A stretch of DNA of 64,000 bases. Source: Klebsormidium nitens (lineage: Eukaryota > Plantae > Klebsormidiophyceae). The position numbers and the translations under genes were made by a program. The stretch is from positions 62,001-126,000 of the forward strand of contig DF237112.1 of NCBI GenBank assembly GCA_000708835.1, written 5' to 3'. Positions 51,138 to 60,959 of this stretch are shown here, one piece after another (position 1 is the first letter of the stretch; each line of letters begins with the position of its first letter). The notes beneath the pieces are model-generated. The model saw only the letters and a program-made list of their open reading frames with translations, made no database searches and was not told where the DNA came from.

Positions 51138-54100
51138 TCAGACTGCGAGGCCTTGGCCACACTTGCAGCTGACCCAGTTCTCCTGTAGTAACGATGAGGC
51201 TGACCTTTGCTTGCCCCTGAGCTCCTTCAGAAGGGCTCGTGCATCTTCGGACAGCTCCACCGCCCCTGATCTGGCCGTGATCTGAACCATCTTTGCCAGC
51301 TGATACAAGTCCGACTCTGCGACATACCTGCCGCCGACCAATGTCTCGTCTTCCCAGGCATCGTAGTGTACAGCAGGGAGAGAGGCACCGGCGGGGGCGG
51401 CCGACTCGAGATCGATCAAGATATACCTGGCTAACGAGTTGGACGCATCCAGACACGAGATGACGTTGGGCTGTTGGATGTCCCGATGGCATATGTTCGC
51501 CGTATGCAGCTTGTCCAGCCCGTGCAACAGGTCGTGAACGAGCCGCCGCACATCCTGCACGAGATCGAAAGAAACTCCGTTTGAAAGTGCTCCTTGCGCG
51601 CTCTGGAAAGTAGGAGCTTTGCAATGAGCTCCAGATCCACACGCGGCCAAAGCACATGGGACTTGCGTTGGGTACGAGTTTCGATAGGTACTGTGTCAAG
51701 AATGATGTTCCACGTCGGCAGTGTGCTCATGGATAGCACTGGACGGATCCGGTGATCAAACGGAATCGCCAACGGTTGCCGATGAGCCTCTGATAGTCGA
51801 AGCTGCCAACAACTGAGCGACTCGAGGAGGACCCACGTCAAGTGCGCACCCTGATCCAGCGAGGCCTTCCTTGTCAACATGTCGAAGGGTGTGACTTTTG
51901 CAGTCGGCAAGGCCAAACATCCCTCTTACTGAGTTCCTGCGCTCGCCAAGAAGCTAAAAAAAGGAGAACAGAGGCACGGCCGATACTCAAGTGATCTCCG
52001 GGCTAAGCCTACTTTACCAGCACCAATTCTGCAGAGTTTCAACAAGGAAAAAGTAGTGACCGTTGATAAGTAGCTCCCTCGCTGTAGGACCAATGAAAAG
52101 TCACCAGCAGGTGTTTACCGCTTTCCATGTGCTAGCGTCATCAAGGTTCACCATAAGCTACCAATCAACACCAGATAAGACTGATGAGAAATTGAAAAAA
52201 GACGAAGAGACGGCAAAAAGCATTGCAGACTCTCACCTCTTCACTCTTGACCACCGCCGGGCAACCAAGTGGCTTCCCTTCTACCAGGTACACGTCCCTG
52301 TGCACTACTGGCCCCTGCGCGGCCTGTACGAGGAACCGGGTCGTTTTCGCCACCTGGTACGCCGCTTTCACGTGCTCCGCACTGGTCCCCGCCGTCTCAA
52401 AGAAGCTAGCCGCCCCGCGGATCGTTTTCTTTACGCTGCAGAACAGTGGCGGAAATACTTGTATTGATTTGCCGAATGACGCACTGCTTAAGGACTTCGA
52501 ACGCCTTGTACTTAACCCCTGAGGCGAGCCCTGATCGGAACCTTTTGAGTCACTGAAAGTTTGACGAAAACGGCGGAGCCCACAACGTCCGCAAGCTCGA
52601 GTTTCTCATAGACGATCCTAGAGGAAGCGAACAGATTGGTCAGCAAAGTGAGACTTTCTCGGTGATTTCCCCGACGACTCCCACCATGCCGTACAGCTTG
52701 GGCGCCTCCGGCTGAGCGTTCACGGACGCGCCCACGATACCCGCCTGCTCTAGTTTTCTCGTGAACAATCCTGGGGGCGAAACGGACAGACGGATGGATT
52801 AAGTAAACGTTACTTCGTGGTCTCCTCGGGACTGCGACCATGCCGTACAGCTTGGGCGCCTCCGGCTGAACGTTCACGGACGCGCCCACAGTTCCCGCCT
52901 GCTCCAGTTCCTTGCAAGCTCGCAATCCTGGGACGAAACGAAAGGACTGGTCAGCAAAGGGAGCGTTACTTGGAAATCTCCCCGACGACTCCCACCATGC
53001 AGTACAGCTTGAGCGCCTCCAAAATCTGAAAGGAACTCTAGACTTTCAGCAATAAACTCTCACTCAGTTCCTCTGCCAGGGATTGCCTTTGCTTCGATCG
53101 TCGAGCCTGTCGCATTTTACAGGTGCAGCTGTCGCGTTTTTACTGGTGCGATTGTCAAAAAGGGTGTCGCAAACAGACACAATACTCGGCAGACGGGTGC
53201 AACCGAGACTTCCACCAGAGGAAAGCATGTAAGAAGCCACCGGCGACAGTCAGTGCAAGAATCGTAACAAAGCCACGATCTCACTTTAGGACGAACGGGC
53301 ATGACAAAGTTCAATGCAGCTTCTATCGCAGGCACTGAGGTCCTACTCAGAAACTCAGGAGCTTGTCCGCATGGCGCAATCCCCAAAAGCGCTTCGTACA
53401 TTAACCTTAAGCTGAGGCAAATGCGAAAGCCAGTCCGTGCAGATCCTGCTTTTTTGCCGTTAAGAGAGTACGGCAGCCGTGGCATTCCTCAAAGAGTCTC
53501 ACGTGAAAGCATATCGACAGACTGCTTGATCAAGCCCTGACGAGGCTGACCATACCCGTCATCTGCAATCTTGTGCCGAGAAGTCCTAAGGTCGTTCGAC
53601 TTAGGATTGGACGCAGAACTTCTCTGACCCTGCGTCAATCAAGCCTCCACCAGAAAAGCATAGCAGGACGACCAACCTATAGAAGCCAGCTTCCACGACC
53701 GCTCCGCTCGGCCGCTTCACCTTCTCGAATAGTGCCAACCCCCCTGGTTCAGGGAGCGTCTCCTTCATTTTCAAGAGGAGCCTGTAGAGATTGGTCACCA
53801 CGTGCAGAACCTTGGCCCGGCCCTCAGGCGTGTTGTAGTGGATGACACCGGTGATCGCATCCAACTGCAAAAGCAGCAGCACCAACACGATCAGGGACGA
53901 TGAAATCAAGTTTTAGATTGTCTCCACAGGGCAGGCCCCTCCTCTTCAGATACCAGGTCAAAGCCCTGGAGAAGCCTTGTTGCAGATAGCAACCTGCATC
54001 TGGAGTCCGACACCCTCTTCTGAATGCATGCAGGGCTCACTTCTAATACCTTTGCTGCGAAGGTGGACTAGTGAAACAGGCAACACTTACACGACAGTAA

Positions 54101-56391
54101 AGACACTCTGAAAAAGCAACGACAAACAATAGCACCCGACATCCCCAGCCAGCAGAATCGAAAATAGAAGCTTGAATGATGCTCATCTGAAACAGCTGTT
54201 ATACGTGACAACGTCTGCCTGACTCGACTTCTTGATTTGTTTTTTGTTCAAGCACTCTCTTATTCACTCTGAAATGTCGGCTTGTGATTGCTCAGGCTTA
54301 TGTTGAAAGTACCATCCGCCAGTGTCTTCCCTTCAAATGTTTGAACATTGAAGCTTAGACCAAACTTCAGACCAACCCGTCCTATCCCTGCGCATTGCTG
54401 GTATACCAGAGATGGATGCTACCAGAAATGCACAGCGAAATGAGAGGTAGAAAGGACCCTGCTTTCCCCATCCCCCTCAAAATGATTTCTGCTTGTTCAG
54501 CATGTCCAGAACCCTCGAGTTCAACCTTCTTTGAGCTCCGTGACAGAAGCATTCATTCTTTACGAGAGGTCACCAGCCAGGAACAGAAAAACCAATGCTG
54601 TGGGTGTTGGTCTACGTAGCTCACCTGTAGAGAGTAGAATTGAACTTGCTTCCCAGACGCAGTGTAACAGATTATGTACGGCAGGACGCCGTAGTGTAGC
54701 TTGCTAAAGGGCTCTCGAAACTTCGCCTTGAGATCTGCTAGCGCTTCCTGCAGTGTGCCATCCTCCGGTTTCTCTTCTCCAGCTAGGAGAAGAGCGTATT
54801 TCGCCACGGCAGTCCCATCAGGGCGCGTATTGGCGATGTGAGGGATACTGAACGTCTCTTTTGTCTGTACGTTTTTGTTGTACTCTAGGCCAAGCTTCAG
54901 CGCATCTTCGATCTTCTCGCTGATTTGAGCCAGCGGATCGAAGAGCATCTTGGTGATTCCATATGCTGTGAGCTCCTCCTCCTCCTCCGCCCTGTGATTC
55001 CATATGATGTGGATGCTCTCAACGATTCGGCTGACGTAGGTTGTCACGATATTGGCTTGCAACACAAGAGACCGAAGACTCAGCAACGGTGTACATCATG
55101 TACAACAAATCTGTGCAGCACCTCAGCTTTTTGAAGGACTTACTTATGAAGCGTTCCAATGCTTGTTCAATCAGGAGCCTGAGAGTCCTCTCAACATGGC
55201 CTCTGATGATGCTACACGGAGGGGACTTGCATCCAAATGACAGAGAACTTATGCCAGCAGGGGCTCATGCAACCCACTGGAATGGCCTTCAGAATACGGC
55301 CATCAGAGAACAGGCTTCAAATGCTTGAAATCAGAACCTAAAAGTAGGAGTTGTCTTTCTAAGTAAAGCGGGTGCTGCAAATACTGAAGATTCCGATGAT
55401 TTTGACCGCCTATTTTTTGTTTCCAAGCACAGAAAACACGTGAAAGACAATAATTGCACTGATCCTGATGCCAGGAACACAAAACTCGCGATTCGCCCCT
55501 TGTTCAGTCGGATGCAGCTGGCCACTTCTAAATTCTAGTCCAAGACATTGACTGACGTGTTGAGTCAATGGCGACATCCAGGACAGGCGCACACTTCCCT
55601 CCCACCAACCTTTTGAAAATTAACGCCAAACTGTAGCAACCTTCCAGACTACACAGCAACCCATTGGATTCGCACTACTCACGTCTTCTTGCTCCAAGCA
55701 AACTCGAACCACCTCGTTTGCATTTTCCACCAGGCTCAGCTTGTCATAAACCCGCTGAGTCACCGGAATCCGCTGGCTGACATTGCTCAGGAAGTCGCGA
55801 AGTCCCTCGACAGGTGGCAGAGACAACGGTATCTCCACAATCAGCTCCTTCAGAATGCTTGCAGACTTGTCCGGCTCCACTGAAGGCAGCAAAAGAAGAT
55901 ATGTTAGGCAACTGCCAGTTCCTGACTCTACAAGCCTAGACTGAGACACAAGTTGACGAGCTGACAAGCGCGCCACCAACATCGGACTAGAACGAAGTAT
56001 GTGAGCCTGCTGGCATCGGAGCAACAGCAGCACAGCCTTGCCAAGACAAGCATGGCGCATCTCAAAAGTCTCAAAGCACAGGAACAGCATATGATATGAG
56101 ATGGACAAGCCCTTCTGGCACTTTCAAGCAGAACTCACCCTTCCGCTTCTTTGCCTCCTTATAGCCCTCTGCCAGCATCTTTTTGTAGCCCTCAATAAGC
56201 TGCAAGATATTCGCTGGCACTGGGTAGGGATCATCTCTGAGTGTCTCCAGATGGAGATCCTCGCAAGCCTTGGGGGTTACACAGAGGTTTTTCACCAAAA
56301 TCTCCACATCCTCCTCTTCCATTACCTGAGCTGTCAACCCTAAAACCTCCTCAAGCGAATCTCTCACAGCCTGAAGCTTCTCTGGCGTCAT
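51138..56391 (-). CDS. Crinkler (CRN8/D2-like) protein: helical N-terminal header + PD-(D/E)XK REase domain + kinase domain
   Basis: Approximate exons: 56391-56140; 55893-55683 (LPPVEGLRDFL..RIPV); one or two uncertain exons at 55250-55060; ~55050-54625 (TRPDG..LLLAGEEK..LKAKF..LHYGVLPYIICYTASGKQVQFYSL); ~53870-53680 (NTPEGRAKVLHVVTNLYRLL..EKVKRPSGAVV); ~52440-52240 (VKKTI..GKPLG); 51554-51138 (LVHDLLHGLDKLHTANICHRDIQQPNVI..YILIDLESAA..SDLYQL). The motif order mirrors Phytophthora CRN8 as recalled (LRGEEK..YGGVPYVFGYAASG..LHRNGWMHRDIRWSNVI..FLIDF). Confidence 0.8.
52540..53030 (-). repeat. About 155 bp tandem array (3-3.5 copies) of an exon-like cassette inside a CRN intron
   Basis: 'ccatgccgtacagcttgggcgcctcc' recurs at ~52684, ~52839 and ~52995. 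YAG acceptors precede cassette starts at 52927, 52770 and 52617. Confidence 0.85.
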
Positions 56392-57542
56392 TTTGCGTGC
56401 TGACGGAGAGACTGACCCAGGATTGCTATGGCGCCAACAGCGCACCTTTCAACTTCAAAATCGCCTCCGAGTTCTTCCGTTGATGTACAACACTTCGAGT
56501 CAAATGCGCGCGGCGGGCTGGTGTTCGAGCTCCGTCTTCTTTTGACGGACGGCCTTTACAAAACTTGCAAAGGCGGCGTTTGACGGGACCTAAACGCCTT
56601 GATGTGATGTGCTTCATTGCTTGTACTTTCGTACAATCCATTGAAGAGACTCGGCGAATCCTTGCTTTGTGAAGTTGTGATGGCTTCTACGTGCGTGCCG
56701 AATGATGATATCTACCGGTATTGCAAGTGTCCTTGTTATCACGAAACCCTATGCCAATGGGCACTGGGCAGTCCATGCAAAGCCTGAGCCGAATCTTGCA
56801 ATGCGTCGATCATGCTTTGACAACTTAATACCAAAAACGGCAGCACATAATAATGTACACATTTTGGGCAGGGAGTACCGGCCTCGGTGCACACTGCACG
56901 GTCACCGTGCACCGTGCTGCGCTAGCTTCGCGATAGCCCGGCCGCCTTCGGACGCGGCCGCAAAAACATGATTAACGCGATGACGCCGAAGGTGGCGGCC
57001 GCCTTGAGGGCCCACACGGCCGCAGGGTTCCGGCGTTTTGTAACCCCAAGCGAACGCGGGCGCTAAGAAAACCTAACCCCTGCGGCCGCGGCAGCCGCCC
57101 CCGGCAAATTCCTGGCAGCGCCGAGCATATATGCAATTAACTGCTTTGTTCAATAATCATTACCGGCGTCGCTGGCGCGCTGCAATCCAGAAATTCTCTT
57201 ACGCGGTCATAGGGCCAGAGGAGGCAAATCCTGTTAAAGAGGGCGTCTGCGGATGCATCCGAATGACGTCATATGGCGACTGCACGGGTTGGCCCTCGGC
57301 GCTTCTGTCGCCAAAAACTCAAAGTGGCGGTAGCATTCCCCGTGCCTGATTTTCTGCTTGGGCGTGACCGGTGCTGACGTTTTGGGCCGCCCCGGTACGA
57401 CGCCCACTTTAAGGCGCAAGAGATCAGCTTTAATTTTAACACAACGGACAAGAGCTTAGCCCGCTTATATTTCTGAATCTGGTCAAAGGAACGCCACAGA
57501 TGGAGCAATGGAGGCTCCTCAGACAGCCCTGACTCGGGAGGC

Positions 57543-57700
57543 TCAAGGACGCTTGCTATTCATCCGGATTCATCCCAAGAAGCTGACCGTGAGCCCTTTC
57601 TTTGCGGCACTTCTGCATTGCGCTGGGCTTCCAACGGCCTCCTTGCAAACGGTCCAAATGCAATGAAGGTGTTTGATCGAGCTGGGGTGCGAGGATCCGG
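57543..57700 (+). pseudogene. Degenerate fragment duplicated from the 5' part of BTB copy 1
   Basis: Near-identical to ~48997-49140 ('aagctgaccgtgagccctttctttgcggc', 'gctgggcttccaacggcctcc', 'gagctggggtgcgaggatccgga'), with small frame-breaking insertions. Confidence 0.85.
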
Positions 57701-57754
57701 AGGTTTTCTTACATATACACAAGTTGAAGCTCGTGTTCAGAATGCAGCAAAAAT

Positions 57755-59719
57755 GCTCGGGCTGCTGACGACGTCAAGGTGGGAGTGTTTCAAGGGTCGC
57801 CTGGCAAGGTGTACAAAAGTACTTTGGTCGAGCCGAAGCTCCCAATCTGGATGTCAAAGCTCAAATCTCAAAGAAGCACAAACCAGATCTGTGCCAGAAA
57901 GCAGCACAATCATCGCAAGTGTAGCTGACGGTGCTGGCCCGCTCCTGCTGCTGCACTTGGCAAGCCTTCCGACGTCCTCTTCTAACGCCAGACTCCTTGC
58001 TTTGCCAGACAATGATCTGATAACAGCAAGTCCATTCTTTGCGGCAATGCTTCTCCGGTGGAGATCAGACATTCTAGGTGATCCACAGTCTCCTGTTGCA
58101 GAGCCATACTCTCTCCTGTGTGAGGACCCGCAGGCTGCCTCTCTGGCTATCCTGTTCATCATAGCTTGCGGCGTTTCCAAAGAAGAGCTGCTAAGCCTTC
58201 CTTTCAATCTGCGCAGCGTAGGCGAAGCCCTCTCCGTGCTGACGGTATGCAGATACTTCCTGTGCGATAGGCGGGTAATCAATTTCCTCGAGACCTTTTT
58301 GGACGCTTCTGAATGGAACTCGGAAGATCAAAAGAAGATTCTCGCAACCTACCAAGACTTGGGGCTGTACTTACCGCACGAAACGAGAGAGAGACTAGGA
58401 ATTCTAGACCTTGAATGGCCTTGGTGCGAGAGGTACCGTCAGTGGCCTGACAGGGCGGAGTGCTTGATAAAGAGCGTTTTGGCGGCTGCTCTTCACCTGA
58501 AAAGCGGACCGATCTTCCGCAAAATCGTTCTTCCCGAGAGCGAGATGGACAGCTCTGAGAGGCCACGTCTGATTGTAGAAGAACTGGCAAGCTCAGGCTG
58601 GCTAGGCTTGAAAGTTGAGATCCTCCATAGCATTGTGGAAGCTCAGATGCATAGGCTTGTCGGGTTCGAAAAGTCAAGGAGCCTTTTAGCTGATTTGAGC
58701 GTGAAATGTCTCCGAAAGCAAGCGAATGCTGCAAGAGTAGAAAGCAGTCTCCATCTCTTCATCCGTCACCTCTCTTGCGTAGGCTGGCTGTCGTTTTTGT
58801 GCTTAAGGAGCGGAATAGCGCTTGAGGAGGTTAAAGCCGAATGGTTATCTTCAGAAGCAGACAGCTTTGTGAGGAAGCAACGGAGAAGATACTGAAGCAC
58901 ACACCGGCAAACAGTCCGTTGAGCGCAATGCTTTATCATGCACTCTTCCAGCCTCTTCGAAAGCTGTTCGACGTTGCTACCAGGAAAAAATCACAGCCCG
59001 CTCTCTTCGATGAGCTGAGCAGAAAGGAGCTGATTAGAATTTGGCTGCCAGTCCTGCTGAGGCTCGAAGAAGGGGAGCTTCTGTCCCCGTCTAGGAGACA
59101 ATGGAGGTCTGTCCCTGATATTCATTTCACGCCACCAGACGACAACAAAGGTACTGACTATTGGAGAATCTTGCACTGGACCTCCAATTGGAGGTGGCAC
59201 CCGTGGCAATCCGCAACAAGAAGTCGCCTTTTGGAAATTAGAGCGGCCAAAGAGGCTAGGGAAAGAGAGGCGTTGGCGCAGATGCTCTACCAGGAAGCGT
59301 CTGAGAACATTCAGACGTACGGCGCCGCAAAAGTCACGAAGTTCTGGTCGGAAGTCCCTAATTTTGAGGCCCCGTCTCTAGATCAGCCGCTCCTCCCCCT
59401 GTTTTTGGAGACGTCGGCATTGATTCTAGGAGCTGTAGCGGATCCGAACAATCTGATCCTGTGGGACGTCCGCTGCCCGTTCCTGACAAATGTCCTTCCA
59501 GTTCTGGTGGATGCGGACGTCAACCGGACGCTCACAACGGAGACGGTGGAAGATTTCCGGACGTCGTTTAGCGCGCTAACAATGGACCGGCAAGAGCAGG
59601 TGGCGCGGAAATGGGCGAAGACGCTCCCCCTCACGAGGCCCGTGGGTAGACGCGGGCTACTCCTGGACAGAGTGCTCATTGACTGGTGTGTTAGGAACGG
59701 AAACGCCGTCAGTCAGTAA
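57755..59719 (+). CDS. BTB/POZ At3g50780-like gene, copy 2; intronless, one frameshift near 58840-58895 (gene or recent pseudogene)
   Basis: ASPFFAAMLLRW..LLCEDPQAASLAI..VGEALSVLTVCRYFLCD..FLDASEWNSEDQKKIL..SGPIF..FIRHLSCVGWL, then in a second frame LIRIWLPVLL..LTMDRQEQVARKW..VLIDWCVR*. Paralogous to 48846-50031. The start codon is uncertain. Confidence 0.72.
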
Positions 59720-60053
59720 GCATGAGGTACTGATTGGCCCCTCAGAAAAGACTAAGAGGAAGTGACTTTCTGAGGACTCGGAGTGCATGACTGTCTACCC
59801 AAGCCTAATGCATCCAATCACGTACTAGAAGCTTAATTTGTCTAAGGGCAAGTTGAATTGCAATATACGTTCGTGTTCTCTTGCTTAAGCCGCGCGGGCC
59901 TTTGATTGCTTTGCGCAAGCTTTATTTTGTGCGCATGATACATATTAGATTGGCATCATAAGCTAAGCCGCATGCACTAGGTTAGCTGCATGCTGATATC
60001 TCGATTCTGCAGTACGCCGCCGGTATGCCATGATGTCACTGCTAATTGACTTA

Positions 60054-60405
60054 GGTTGCGCGTCGACCGAAAACCTCCGAGGTCATCCCAGGTTTCTGAG
60101 CCAATCAGAGGCCTGCTTTTCATAAATATGGGTTTGTAAGAGGTTTGCAACACTGAGGTGATTGTGTCGCCTATAAGTATCAAATGAGCATCTTTTCTGC
60201 TCAGAGAAGCCTTGCCGGCAATTGCCACCACTCATGGCCATTGCCCATGTGCTTTGGATAGAGCATTTTGGTGCAGAATTGGATTATATAGGGCGCACAG
60301 ATGTGGAGGGTTTGCTGCAAACCACTACCGAAACCAGGGTTTCCTGAACCACGTGGTCTGACAAGATCAAAGTGGGGGGTGTAGATTTTCGGTCGACGCG
60401 CAACC
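60054..60405. mobile_element. PIF/Harbinger (Tourist-like) MITE, 352 bp
   Basis: Perfect 20-bp terminal inverted repeats ggttgcgcgtcgaccgaaaa (60054-60073) and ttttcggtcgacgcgcaacc (60386-60405). Both ends are flanked by TTA (60051-60053 and 60406-60408). No coding capacity. Confidence 0.85.
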
Positions 60406-60959
60406 TTAAGTATACCAGGCTCATATAGCCTCCGCGACGGGCCGGCCCGGAGTAGGTAAGTTACAAATAGTAACCGGAATCGAGTGCCGGGCCCGGCCAA
60501 TGCATGATTACTTGCAATCCCACATGTGCATTCAGCGCAAATGGCCATCATTCGATGATTCCTTGAGATAGTCACTGTTCGCTGATATAGGGCATGCCGC
60601 AGTGCGGCATCTATTCCACTATACACTAGAATGATCAATTGGCCGGGCGAGAAGTGATTGCGCAATCATGCATCCGCATATTGCAAAACTCATACTGCTG
60701 GCAGCCAGCCTGAAATGATGCTGCATCTCAGCATGACCGTTATTGACTCCAAACTACAGTACCCCGCTTCCGAAATTCGAATGCAGCGGATTTACCGACT
60801 ATGAAGACCGGCCTAGTCGTGACTCAATGCTCCGAATTTCTACTGCAAATTGTAGACTTCCAACCAATCTAAACCTGCGTCCAGATTATATCTATCCAAT
60901 GATCTCGAAACGAGGAGAAAGGACCACGTATATGTAGCTAAACAGCGTGCGCGTAACTC

